Source of the DNA: a virus
Lineage: Duplodnaviria; Caudoviricetes
Reading direction: 5' to 3' (one strand)
Virus record (IMG/VR): IMGVR_UViG_3300031864_000001
Location: 1 to 59,892 of that record
Length of the DNA: 59,892 nucleotides
Shown: positions 45,812 through 55,412 of the stretch, piece by piece
Position numbering within the stretch: position 1 is the stretch's first letter
Layout of the letters: each line of letters begins with the position of its first letter
Program-made: the position numbers and the translations under genes
The notes under the pieces: model-generated
The model's database searches: none
What the model was told of the DNA's origin: nothing
Seen by the model: the letters and a program-made list of their open reading frames with translations, nothing else

Positions 45812-45813
45812 TT

Positions 45814-46806
45814 TTAAGTTCCTCCATAAGTATTTGATCTTAATTTGGTATCATCATCATCTTTCAAACCTATCCCCGAATAAGTCGGTAAGGTTATATC
45901 GCTAACATCTTGGCCAGCCGCTTCTTTTAATCCCAACATGGTCATTCCTGCGGATCCATAATCCCTGCCGACATCCGTTATTTGTCCCGCAATATCCGCT
46001 TTAGTTTTAGCGATTTGGGTCCGGGCCGCAATATCCGCTTCAGCCAGCCCAGCCCGTGTTTGGGTTAATCCGGTTCTTAATCCCTGAATATTTGAGGCAA
46101 TTTGGGCTGATTGTGTAGGATCTATAAGCTGTAATCCCCTTTCAGTGATGTCGGTTATTCTTTCCTTTTCCCCGCGCCTTGCCAGATTCATAGCAATAGC
46201 TTCATTTCGGGCCTGGGTTAAATAATCAGGCTTGGTTAATGCCCCGAATTTTCCAGAGGTCGGATCTACTCCATAGGACATCATTTCTCTAGCGCCTGCC
46301 TGTCGTGCCCGTTCGCTCGCACCTCTCACGTCTGTGGCAGCCCTTCCGGTTACACCCTCATAATCAGGTGTCGCAAGCCCCATATATTGACCGGTCAATT
46401 TTCTACGAGCCTGTAAATCCGCCAAAGCCGACTTTATTGCCCCTGATTCAAGCCCTCCATATTGCTTGTTAAATTGTTTAGATTGGGCTTTTACATCGCT
46501 TATCAGGTCAGCTATTTGTTCACTACCGGCATAGGCTTGCCCACTATCCAGGCTTTTCAAGGTATCTGTGAGGCTGGAAAGTGTAGCCTCATTAATGTCT
46601 CCCCATTGCTGGAGAAATTGCTGGGTTATTCGCGAAGTTGCCTGACTTGATTTTATGGCTGCCTTGCTGGTTCCATACGTAGCATCCCATGCATCATCTG
46701 CTGCCCTCGCCGCTTCTAGGGTTGGATATGACTTACCATCTTTCCCGTAATAGGTATATCTGGGAAGATTACCACTACCTTTATTTTCGAGAACTTTTGT
46801 TGCCAT
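45814..46806 (-). CDS. Internal virion/ejection protein candidate
   Basis: Ala/Gly-rich; SYGVDPTSGKF motif. Confidence 0.65.
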   Translation of the reverse strand: MATKVLENKGSGNLPRYTYYGKDGKSYPTLEAARAADDAWDATYGTSKAAIKSSQATSRITQQFLQQWGDINEATLSSLTDTLKSLDSGQAYAGSEQIADLISDVKAQSKQFNKQYGGLESGAIKSALADLQARRKLTGQYMGLATPDYEGVTGRAATDVRGASERARQAGAREMMSYGVDPTSGKFGALTKPDYLTQARNEAIAMNLARRGEKERITDITERGLQLIDPTQSAQIASNIQGLRTGLTQTRAGLAEADIAARTQIAKTKADIAGQITDVGRDYGSAGMTMLGLKEAAGQDVSDITLPTYSGIGLKDDDDTKLRSNTYGGT

Positions 46807-46819
46807 TTATCTTTCTCCC

Positions 46820-47353
46820 TTAATCTTTATCCTTTTCCTTTATGATTTGTTTTAATTCATCCATGGAGTCTGCCATAACAAATTTTTTAACCCTGACATT
46901 GCCTTCAATTTGCACCTCAAATAGCGTGCCCCTTACCCCTCCGGGTATTCTAAAAGGCTTATTCAGGGCGTATATTTCCTTAGTAAAATGAAGGACACCG
47001 TCTATATAAAACTTAACTTGAAGGTTAAAATCTCCTGAATATTCAGATACAGTCGGAACTTCTTCGAGCTCATCCCCGTCGATCTCGATATCCTCTCCTA
47101 TAGAACCTTCTCCTATGGCTCCCTCGACGGCATTAGCCGAGATCCTAGCGTTATTCCGTCTAATAATCCTTTTGCGCTCCTCTAAGTCATTGTAATATTC
47201 TTCCCTGTCGTCCGTTACTGCTATAACAACAGCACAATTAAAGGTTTTTTCATAAGGAATCAGGTATTTACGGCTTCTCCATATAAAATTAACGGGATAA
47301 GGCTGTGTATCATCGCCTTCCCATTCGTAAACTGTATTTCGAAATCGTGACAT
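46820..47353 (-). CDS. Probable C-terminal part of tail nozzle/stabilisation protein
   Basis: VYEWEG...WRSRKY, FRIPGG...FEVQIEG; same frame as the upstream gene, separated by TAA TGA. Confidence 0.65.
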   Translation of the reverse strand: MSRFRNTVYEWEGDDTQPYPVNFIWRSRKYLIPYEKTFNCAVVIAVTDDREEYYNDLEERKRIIRRNNARISANAVEGAIGEGSIGEDIEIDGDELEEVPTVSEYSGDFNLQVKFYIDGVLHFTKEIYALNKPFRIPGGVRGTLFEVQIEGNVRVKKFVMADSMDELKQIIKEKDKD

Positions 47354-47356
47354 TCA

Positions 47357-49381
47357 TTAATCCGTTGCATACCATATTTGATAATCATGGGCCGCATCAG
47401 GGTCCGTTTCAAACTGGATAGTGTCATATGTTGTACTGATTGTCTGAGAGGATACATCGCTATCATCTTCATCAATATTTACCTTTATAACGTCGCTCTC
47501 ATCATCAATCGCATTGCCAAAGCCGAACTTTTTGCCCCATCCTACGTCAAGTTTATCGGCGGCAGCCCCGCCAGATACGGAATCAACGGTTATCGAATCA
47601 ATATGCGCCCACGCTTTATTCAGGTCATAACTACCAGCAGCAATTTCAGTGCAAACCTCTGTCTGCTCCGTTTCGCCCGTTGCCAAAATCCCGGTGATTG
47701 TTACCTGTAGGGCTGTCAATGAAGCATTGGCATCGGTTATGGTTAATACCAGATTTCGCGGATAATCAGGTTGTGATATTCCTTCTAGGGCCCCCGTCGC
47801 GTCTAAATCAAATTGCGTAGCCTTTCCGGAAGTGCTTCTTGCGTCAGGATTCAATAATCTTTCATTAAAAAGAGACATTTCATTACTCCTCAAAAAATAT
47901 AATGTATCTGTTTTTGGATCGACAAATATAGCTGAACTATAAAAATTCAAAGTGGTTATAACTCCTGTAATCAAATCAATGACAATACCTCCCTCATTGC
48001 CGCCGGAGCTATAAAACCCGAAATACTTATTGCCATGGACAACGCCATGTATGGTGGATGGATAAAGATCTTTCCATTCCTTTGTTGAATAATACTCCTG
48101 TGTAAGCAAAAGGTTTTCTTCAAGATTGACCATCCTAAGCCCGTCGGCGGCTGGATATACACAACCTCCTTTATAAGCTATGGCCCCCCGTTTTGATAAA
48201 CAGGCCCTGGATTCAGGGAAAGGTTCTATTGTTATAGATCCTGGCGCTGTCCCCACAAGCATATAAGGTTCGTTCTCCGTCGTAATAATGGCTTGATTTG
48301 CTCCGATAGGCGTAATTGCAACTATGCTGGAGGATAAAGATTGCATATACGCCGTCGGCCAGGCCCAAGGTCGGTAAGCAATAGATGCGTATAAATCTTT
48401 GCCATTAAAGGCCAATAAAATACCGTTTCCCAAATAACAAAGCCCCTGTAATTCGTCTATCGGCGGATCCCAATCCTGATCAGCGCTTCCCCCTGAATTT
48501 TCACTCAAGGAAGGACATGCAGAACTTAATTCGCTGTCTGTTTTGGTATCATCATAACTGGTAGCGGCTATTGCTATTTCATCAACATATTCATAATTGG
48601 CATATTCATTGCCTGTGTTAAGCCTGTATATTCTTTTTACTGAAAGAATGTTTTTATAACATCTCCATATTACTGTATTATCAATGGTATTGCCATCCAC
48701 GGTTTGTATCCATGTCGGCTCAGCGGCTCCTGATGTGCCAGGCTGCACGCACTTATAAACATAGGTTCCCCCCTCGTCAGCTACTTCAAACACGAAATTT
48801 CCTACGGTATAAGCCTTCCCAGCCTGCCATTCCATAGTCATATTGGAAAGACTGACCTTTTCGCCGTTTTTGGCCGTCACCACGGCTGAAGCATTACTTG
48901 GATAGCCTTCTTCTCCCCAATCGGTTACGATTGTCCAAATATAGGTTATTTCCCGATCATCCCCTGATCCTGCTGGAGGAGGGTTCGCTGCGGCTGTGGG
49001 TGCCACGGCAGGGATAGGGACCATTAAGGGATAAAAATTGATCGGCATAGCTCCAGAACCTGTTATGATTTCGTCAAGGTCGCTTTTTTTAGGAATTCCA
49101 TCACCGGTATAATAAATCTTGGATTCCGTATCTCCTGAAACCGGGGCAGGAACTATGTCAACATCGGCTTCCCATTCCAGCCAATATTCGTCTTCATAGA
49201 GATAGACAGTTTTTACAGTACCTTTATATTCGAGCAATTCAGTTAAAAGGTAATTATCCCAGGGATTCAAATGTCCCTTGTCCAGATAACAATTTTCAGC
49301 TGTTTGAGCTTCGTTTTCTCCTATAAGCTCAGCTTCTAGCAATGGCCGTATGCCTTTGAATATAGGGATAGAAACAATCAT
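47357..49381 (-). CDS. Tail nozzle/stabilisation-type protein with appended 173-aa domain
   Basis: FKGIRP, AENC, IYYTGDG.PK, PWAWP, ACLSKR, VYPAADGL; start ATG 49381. Confidence 0.75.
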   Translation of the reverse strand: MIVSIPIFKGIRPLLEAELIGENEAQTAENCYLDKGHLNPWDNYLLTELLEYKGTVKTVYLYEDEYWLEWEADVDIVPAPVSGDTESKIYYTGDGIPKKSDLDEIITGSGAMPINFYPLMVPIPAVAPTAAANPPPAGSGDDREITYIWTIVTDWGEEGYPSNASAVVTAKNGEKVSLSNMTMEWQAGKAYTVGNFVFEVADEGGTYVYKCVQPGTSGAAEPTWIQTVDGNTIDNTVIWRCYKNILSVKRIYRLNTGNEYANYEYVDEIAIAATSYDDTKTDSELSSACPSLSENSGGSADQDWDPPIDELQGLCYLGNGILLAFNGKDLYASIAYRPWAWPTAYMQSLSSSIVAITPIGANQAIITTENEPYMLVGTAPGSITIEPFPESRACLSKRGAIAYKGGCVYPAADGLRMVNLEENLLLTQEYYSTKEWKDLYPSTIHGVVHGNKYFGFYSSGGNEGGIVIDLITGVITTLNFYSSAIFVDPKTDTLYFLRSNEMSLFNERLLNPDARSTSGKATQFDLDATGALEGISQPDYPRNLVLTITDANASLTALQVTITGILATGETEQTEVCTEIAAGSYDLNKAWAHIDSITVDSVSGGAAADKLDVGWGKKFGFGNAIDDESDVIKVNIDEDDSDVSSQTISTTYDTIQFETDPDAAHDYQIWYATD

Positions 49382-49385
49382 TAGT

Positions 49386-50792
49386 TTATGCTCCACCATT
49401 AGAGGACAGCATACAATGTGGAAGCCCACTCGCTCCATATGGCACGGCACAAAACTTTGAAATAGAGGGAGCCCAACAAATGCCTTGCCACCGTTCATCG
49501 GCTGAATGCGGTGTCTCTCTTAATGTCCAAGTTATACCATCGGGAGAAGTCATACACGCGAAGTCTTGGCTTTCGGCAGCGACTGCAACAAATAGATTTT
49601 TCTCTGGTGACCAACAAACAGATTTCCACAGATAAGCGGCCGCAGGTATCCTTGGTGTCCAGGTTACAGCATCGGGAGAGGTAGCAACATCATTATCTCC
49701 CACGGCAACAAATAGATCGAGCTCCGGAGACCAGCAAACGCTATAACCCTTAAATCCAAGGGTCCGTAAAGTCCAATTAGCCCCGTCGGGACTTGTCATA
49801 CAGCCTTTTCCGTCAACTAACAAGCCAACCGCACAAAGCAGAGAAAGATCCGGGGACCAGCATATAGATTCCCAATTATACTGATTCTCTGGAGAGTCCC
49901 CCAGTTCCCAATTTACTCCGTCTGCAGAAAGAGTAATAACATTTGCTTTATTGACATTGTTGTCTGATACAGCTACAAACTTCGTTAAGCTCGCTGCCCA
50001 ACACACAGAAGACCATGAATGTGAAAAAGTTATTCCCGCTCCACTGCCTGTCCATGTTTCTCCATCGGGGCTTGAATAGAACTTATCATCCCCTGCTCCA
50101 CCTACAATTTGTATGGCAACAAATAGATCGAGCTCCGGAGACCAGCAGACACATTGAAAAGAAAGGCCTGGCATAGGGACCGGGGTCCAATCAATTCCAT
50201 TATCAGAACAAACTATCCCTTGGCTGCCAACAGCACAAAATAATTCCAGAGCCGGGGACCAGCATATACCTCGTAAACTAATAGATGCGTAGGATATCGG
50301 GTCATAAGGATATGCTAGCCATCCAGCTAAAGAGCCGGCTATCGCCTGCCAAATAGTTCCTGTCTTATTTTTCCACCATATTCTTTGGTTCAACGATTGA
50401 TACACTTTCTCTCCCGGGTAATCCGCAGTAAGTATGCTATTCGGATTATAATAAACTTCTCTGAAAGCCTCTCTCTGAATAAACCCCTCAAGGTTTGCGG
50501 CAACAAGCCTTTGGGTTATAATTGCACCAGATTTCCATTCTTGAGCAACGCTTCCATCTTGCCCACGTTGAACAGTTAGAGTATCTCCAGAAATACCCGT
50601 AACCTTTACAATCTCAATGTCCGCTTCCGCATTGGTGATCGTGGCATAAAACTCTTTCCCTGATACCCACCCAGCTAAAAATATCTGTGCGTGCCCGGGA
50701 TAGAGCTCTATTGATGTCGCGGCATCCGAGATTCCGGCTTTTATTCTGGCATAGGCTTCATTATTGAATATATGTTCGGTATTGGCTGCCAT
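49386..50792 (-). CDS. Tail fibre/receptor-binding protein with CWSPEL beta-propeller repeats
   Basis: EIVKVT...LTVQRGQDG N-domain; ~7 CWSP(E)L.LF.AV repeats; 33-bp DNA repeat at 49704-49736 and 50115-50147. Confidence 0.75.
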   Translation of the reverse strand: MAANTEHIFNNEAYARIKAGISDAATSIELYPGHAQIFLAGWVSGKEFYATITNAEADIEIVKVTGISGDTLTVQRGQDGSVAQEWKSGAIITQRLVAANLEGFIQREAFREVYYNPNSILTADYPGEKVYQSLNQRIWWKNKTGTIWQAIAGSLAGWLAYPYDPISYASISLRGICWSPALELFCAVGSQGIVCSDNGIDWTPVPMPGLSFQCVCWSPELDLFVAIQIVGGAGDDKFYSSPDGETWTGSGAGITFSHSWSSVCWAASLTKFVAVSDNNVNKANVITLSADGVNWELGDSPENQYNWESICWSPDLSLLCAVGLLVDGKGCMTSPDGANWTLRTLGFKGYSVCWSPELDLFVAVGDNDVATSPDAVTWTPRIPAAAYLWKSVCWSPEKNLFVAVAAESQDFACMTSPDGITWTLRETPHSADERWQGICWAPSISKFCAVPYGASGLPHCMLSSNGGA

Positions 50793-51244
50793 TAAACCAC
50801 TAAATACTTCTTTCTATTAGTTAATTGATCCATTAATTGAGTCGATACATCAAAGGCCATTGTTCCGATTATTTCATAATGACAGGCCCTTTTTTCTTCC
50901 ATGTCGCTTCTTTTATGTTGTGGGCCTATTAAATGAACAACCTCATGTGATATAAATGCTAAAAGATCTCTAAAGGCTATTCTTTTATCCATCCAGATAT
51001 AAAGCGACTGAGGCTCGCGCCGCGTAAATCCCCATATTTTGTTTCGTTTCATAAAGTTGACCAATTTCTTAGGGGATATTTTCCATTGTTTGCCACCGTC
51101 TCCCCAGCCTTGAATTTTGTCAATGCCAGATAAATCACTTACTTGTATAAGCTCTTTTATAAGATCTTCTGGCTTACTATATATATACAATGGTATTTTT
51201 GTTTTTTTACGGCCATCTTTTAAAACTATCTGTTTTTCAATCAT
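50792..51244 (-). CDS. HExxH metallopeptidase-like protein
   Basis: ISHEVVH...EEKRA; AT-rich insert in the tail module. Confidence 0.55.
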   Translation of the reverse strand: MIEKQIVLKDGRKKTKIPLYIYSKPEDLIKELIQVSDLSGIDKIQGWGDGGKQWKISPKKLVNFMKRNKIWGFTRREPQSLYIWMDKRIAFRDLLAFISHEVVHLIGPQHKRSDMEEKRACHYEIIGTMAFDVSTQLMDQLTNRKKYLVV

Positions 51245-51253
51245 TTTTCCCCT

Positions 51254-51517
51254 TTATTCATCAAACTCTTGTATCTCAGCATCTAGCTCAAAAAGGCCGA
51301 GCATATCGTGTTCTAATCTGACAAGGGTCATAAACATATGAGGATCATTGGCACCGATAAAATATGTTCGAGTGGTCTTTTCATTTTTCCTTCTAAAAGC
51401 AAGCATACAGCATTGAATATTCCCATTTCGATATTCACTCATAAGCTCGGAGATATTTTTCAAAAACCCATCCGGGCTATCAGGAATTAACTGTTTTATC
51501 TTATTGTTCTCTGCCAT
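51254..51517 (-). CDS. Hypothetical protein
   Basis: 87-aa ORF in operon orientation. Confidence 0.6.
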   Translation of the reverse strand: MAENNKIKQLIPDSPDGFLKNISELMSEYRNGNIQCCMLAFRRKNEKTTRTYFIGANDPHMFMTLVRLEHDMLGLFELDAEIQEFDE

Positions 51518-51518
51518 T

Positions 51519-51950
51519 TTATGAACTCATCAATTTCCAAGTTGTTCCAGTACAGTGCTTATACCAAAGATCATTGGTCGAATCGTAGACCTCTTCTCCA
51601 GTATAATTGGCTACCAATAATCCATCCGGGCTTCCGTCATATTCCCGATACACCCCTTTTTGTAAGAAGGTTCCAAGGATCGTTGCGTTCAAAACTAACT
51701 TAACCGAGCTTCCGTCCGGGAAGCTATATGAATCAGTGCGTGTAACTGTCAGCGTATCAGTAGCCCGGCTGGTGCAAGTCATATATGCCTGGTTTCCGCC
51801 GCCAACAACCAATATAATAAAGGCTTCCCCTGCTCCCGGGTTTGGATATAGGGACCCGTCACCAGATTGAACAGACAATGTTGCGTCTCCTCCACCTATG
51901 GCCTCGTTTAATGTCGATTCCGCATTGTTTTCAAATAGATATTCTGTCAT
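51519..51950 (-). CDS. Short fibre-anchor paralog
   Basis: Aligns by eye with the N-terminal ~150 aa of 49386..50792. Confidence 0.7.
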   Translation of the reverse strand: MTEYLFENNAESTLNEAIGGGDATLSVQSGDGSLYPNPGAGEAFIILVVGGGNQAYMTCTSRATDTLTVTRTDSYSFPDGSSVKLVLNATILGTFLQKGVYREYDGSPDGLLVANYTGEEVYDSTNDLWYKHCTGTTWKLMSS

Positions 51951-52630
51951 TATACCCACTCCCTCATTTTAACCCGAAGGGGTCTCTTGGTTGCCCCGGT
52001 TATCTTCTTAGTCTTTGTATTATTACAAGCAGTTATGAATTTTAGAAAATAATCCTTCGCCTGATTAGGGTCATACCAATCCATAGCCTTGCGTCCGAAT
52101 AAATCAGCCAGGGCTCCATAACCTATTTCCTGGACATAATCATCATAGAGAAAGTCTGGAACAGTATCGCAGGTATTGGTAGGCTTTAGGTTCACTTTTA
52201 TAAGTAAACCCTCGTCGCTATCTTCTGTGGGGATAGGAAGCAGATGAAGGTTTTTATCAACGATATCTACCCAAAATTCAGAAGGCATTGGACCAGTTGT
52301 ATATCTCCATGCGCCAGAGGGATCTTCTAGGTCCTTCTGATTTTCCGAGATAGGATCAATGAAAGCGAATTGATCATCGTCTTTGCCGTCCTGCTTATAT
52401 TTAACGCTGTCAACGGAGATAATTCTCCCATACTGGTCTGCCGGCACTGTTAAGGCATAGCTCTGTTCTGTTGCAACTACGTCAATTCGCTCTAGGTCAT
52501 AGGTCCAGAGAAGGGTCTTCCTGCAAAAATCTATCGCAGCGCGCCTAATTGCTATTTTTATAGCCGGGACAGGCGCAGAAGGGATATCGGGTAAAATCTC
52601 TGGAGACCAATCTGTTAAATCTGTTGCCAT
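51950..52630 (-). CDS. Head-tail adaptor/tail tubular-type protein
   Basis: AIRRAAIDFCRKT.LW, LKPT, IGYGALA.L. Confidence 0.7.
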   Translation of the reverse strand: MATDLTDWSPEILPDIPSAPVPAIKIAIRRAAIDFCRKTLLWTYDLERIDVVATEQSYALTVPADQYGRIISVDSVKYKQDGKDDDQFAFIDPISENQKDLEDPSGAWRYTTGPMPSEFWVDIVDKNLHLLPIPTEDSDEGLLIKVNLKPTNTCDTVPDFLYDDYVQEIGYGALADLFGRKAMDWYDPNQAKDYFLKFITACNNTKTKKITGATKRPLRVKMREWV

Positions 52631-52647
52631 TTAAAGCCTCCATAGCT

Positions 52648-53277
52648 TTAACCCTTTAAAAATAGCGTCTCGTAATCCGTCTCTCTTTGCTTGCTACCTG
52701 GAAAATCAGAGTCCTTTTTATAGGCCAGAGCTAATATACCGTTTACCAATCGATCTATGGCATGATCAGCAACCCCTACCAGGGCAGTTTCCCAATGTCC
52801 GTCCTCATCCCAGCTTATCTCCGTAGGTGCTTTAGAGTATTCCTCTAATACATACCCTGTACCATCTGAGGGAGGATACGTATAAAAAACAGCGGGATTT
52901 ACCCTGTCCGGCATAACATTTAATATATTTTGAGCTGCCGTGGCATTGCTCCAATTCCTATCAAAGCTCTGAATGGCCTCAAGTGAACAAGAATTAATGC
53001 CTTCACCAGGGGTCTCCCCATCTAGGCCCATATTTTTCAGAAGGGTGACAAAGGCTATTCCACCGCTTGGGATATAATGCTTTGATCCTTCAGCCAGTTT
53101 GACAGATTCTATAACCGCGTTAGTCGTGGGGTCCAAAACAACAATTCTTCTGGTCGTGAGGTTATAATAATCTACCAGCTCGGATTCAGTCCAATGGCGG
53201 TCATCCTCCTCCGTAGCCTCATCCTGCAGGATCCCGGCTACGATATCTAGTATATGCTTGACGGTTACGTTCGCCAT
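52648..53277 (-). CDS. Head-tail adaptor protein
   Basis: ILQD...WTESELVDYYN, FYTYPP, AYKKDSD. Confidence 0.7.
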   Translation of the reverse strand: MANVTVKHILDIVAGILQDEATEEDDRHWTESELVDYYNLTTRRIVVLDPTTNAVIESVKLAEGSKHYIPSGGIAFVTLLKNMGLDGETPGEGINSCSLEAIQSFDRNWSNATAAQNILNVMPDRVNPAVFYTYPPSDGTGYVLEEYSKAPTEISWDEDGHWETALVGVADHAIDRLVNGILALAYKKDSDFPGSKQRETDYETLFLKG

Positions 53278-53282
53278 CGGGT

Positions 53283-53774
53283 TTAAGCCTCAAAAAGTCG
53301 CTCGGTTCTCAGGTGAATTGCCCTATCTTTTAGATCGTCCAGGTCGTGCCGCCTGTCGATGTCCTCGCCAAATTCCTGGAGAACATAATCCTCTACATCT
53401 TTTTTATCGACCATGGCCTTGATCTTGATTATATCCGGATCTTTATCAATTATCTCCTGACGTCTCTCGGCTTCAATTTGTTCCGGAGTTTTTGGTTTCT
53501 CTTTTTCCTTCGCGCCAGCACTCTTTGCAGCCTGTTTCGTCTCGGTTTCCTTGATCTTCTTCTCCACTTCTGCCAATTCAGCCGATTCATCCAATGCCTT
53601 TTTATCCACAGAAGGAATCACGGGGGCATCTTCCAGCTCTTCCAATCGTTTTTTCGCTGCTTCCAGCCTTTTTTTGGCTATATCCGGATCGTACTCTGTC
53701 ATATCCTTTCGTGCGGCCAAAATCTTAGTCCAAGCATATATTCTACCGGTGATTAATTGCCTCAGTAGTTTCAT
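53283..53774 (-). CDS. Hypothetical head-module protein
   Basis: LRQ..TGRIYAWT..LA.RKDM N-terminus; charged coiled coil. Confidence 0.7.
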   Translation of the reverse strand: MKLLRQLITGRIYAWTKILAARKDMTEYDPDIAKKRLEAAKKRLEELEDAPVIPSVDKKALDESAELAEVEKKIKETETKQAAKSAGAKEKEKPKTPEQIEAERRQEIIDKDPDIIKIKAMVDKKDVEDYVLQEFGEDIDRRHDLDDLKDRAIHLRTERLFEA

Positions 53775-53849
53775 GGCGTTATCTCCTTTTTAAGGGCCCC
53801 GGGGATGTATAATGTCCCCGGGGTGGGTTTATCAATTTACACTGGAAAT

Positions 53850-54374
53850 CTAAGCATCAATGGCACTGGCCATATATCCTTCAACCCAAAAATCCACGAC
53901 GGCCGTTTCTGTGTCCGCGCTATTAAACAGGACATTTATATTGCCGTCGGTGATGAAAAGCTGGCCCATCATATTGTCCGAGCCAAATTCATCGGCATCA
54001 AGGGTATAAAGCATGACACCTGCTGTCTGAATCGATCCGGCCGCCTCCCATCCATCATCATTCGCAGCTAGGCTATGGGTTGATGTTGCTGAATTAACGC
54101 CTATATCGATTGTGCATGCCGCACCCTCGCCGGTCACCACATATAACCCTACCCTCTTTATCAAAGCGCCTTTCGGCACCTGAAAGAGCTCCAGGGTATC
54201 GGTTGCGGCAAATCCGGTAGACGGCAAGTTTACTGGCGTACCCGGCGCCGACGTGAGGGCCAGTTTGGCATTAGCTACCAGGTCCGGGATATCAAGCCGC
54301 CTTTTCATAAAAGGATTTCCTCCTGAAGTATAGGGAACCCCAGCGCCTTCTTTATAGAATTCATAATCGGCCAT
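53850..54374 (-). CDS. Capsid decoration/cement protein candidate
   Basis: Follows MCP; DTLELFQVPKGA...TIDIG beta-rich. Confidence 0.65.
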   Translation of the reverse strand: MADYEFYKEGAGVPYTSGGNPFMKRRLDIPDLVANAKLALTSAPGTPVNLPSTGFAATDTLELFQVPKGALIKRVGLYVVTGEGAACTIDIGVNSATSTHSLAANDDGWEAAGSIQTAGVMLYTLDADEFGSDNMMGQLFITDGNINVLFNSADTETAVVDFWVEGYMASAIDA

Positions 54375-54433
54375 AACAAAATTCCTCCTTTGATTGTTGT
54401 GTGGGCCTGTTTGTTCACAGGCCCGGGTTTTTA

Positions 54434-55357
54434 TTAGCCGCCGTTGCGGACATACAGGTCAATAAGCGCTTCACCCTTCAGCACCTTATCCCCGTACACA
54501 TTAAGGCCCCTTACCAGATTCCCGAAGGTCCTGGACGTTCTAAGGGTCTCCATCTTGGTCATTTGGGCCGCGAAACACAGGGCGCTTATCTGGCCAAAAA
54601 TCGAGTGATAACAGGTATTGCCCGTGTCCGTGACAGAGGTTAAAAGGTTGGATTCATAGAGCGTTATATCGGCTATTTTGCCGATACGGCCATTGCGGAG
54701 AATGGATGTCCCATCTCCAGCAAGAGAGGCATCCTTGAGATCCGATTTAAGAATCATGCCGCTCATCCATTCCGGGATAACGCCCCAGCGATTATTCTTG
54801 GGGACGCTCTGTTCACCTAAAACAGTGCGGCAATCTACAATCTTATCAAGGATATTGGCCTTGGTAACGGCCACCGGGGTTCCGGTAGTCCCCAATGCGA
54901 TATCGCCCGAAACCTTACCAGCGCTATTCCCGGCGTTGTGGGTGTCGGCATCTGCGTAAATATCGCCCAATATTCCGGTATCTATCTTGATTGACATCTG
55001 CTCACCGGCATCATCTGACCAGCTATCCATCAGCTTGACATCGGTCTGATATGCGTCAATATCATCACAAATAAAATTGAAGTATTTGGCCTTATCAATA
55101 AGAAGCTCTATGTTCGCAGATTCCGGCCTCTCGATTTCAAGGTCTTGCCCTTTGACGTAATCGTTAATGGTGATATCAGGAACGGTCCGGATTATGACCT
55201 TATCGCCCTTGTTTTTGATCTCTCCCGCATACTCTGTATTGGAAATAGCGGCAATTACTGTGGCATCATAAAACTTAACCAACAGATTGCCCGACCAGAT
55301 CTCCGGGATAAAAGTTCCACTATACTGCGGTATTCCCGCTGCTACTTCGACTGCCAT
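54434..55357 (-). CDS. Major capsid protein
   Basis: FIPEIWSG, Y.GEIK..GDKV.I, LLIDKAKYF, NGRIG, VRGLNVYG.KV. Confidence 0.9.
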   Translation of the reverse strand: MAVEVAAGIPQYSGTFIPEIWSGNLLVKFYDATVIAAISNTEYAGEIKNKGDKVIIRTVPDITINDYVKGQDLEIERPESANIELLIDKAKYFNFICDDIDAYQTDVKLMDSWSDDAGEQMSIKIDTGILGDIYADADTHNAGNSAGKVSGDIALGTTGTPVAVTKANILDKIVDCRTVLGEQSVPKNNRWGVIPEWMSGMILKSDLKDASLAGDGTSILRNGRIGKIADITLYESNLLTSVTDTGNTCYHSIFGQISALCFAAQMTKMETLRTSRTFGNLVRGLNVYGDKVLKGEALIDLYVRNGG

Positions 55358-55412
55358 AGCGTTTCCTCCTCTAAGTTAAATAAAAAGGGAGAGATCAAGG
55401 GCCTAAACGTCC

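Noticed and set aside
53795-54426. Strong hairpins after the capsid and decoration genes as terminators
   Set aside because: No U-tract on the coding strand; more likely stability or processing hairpins
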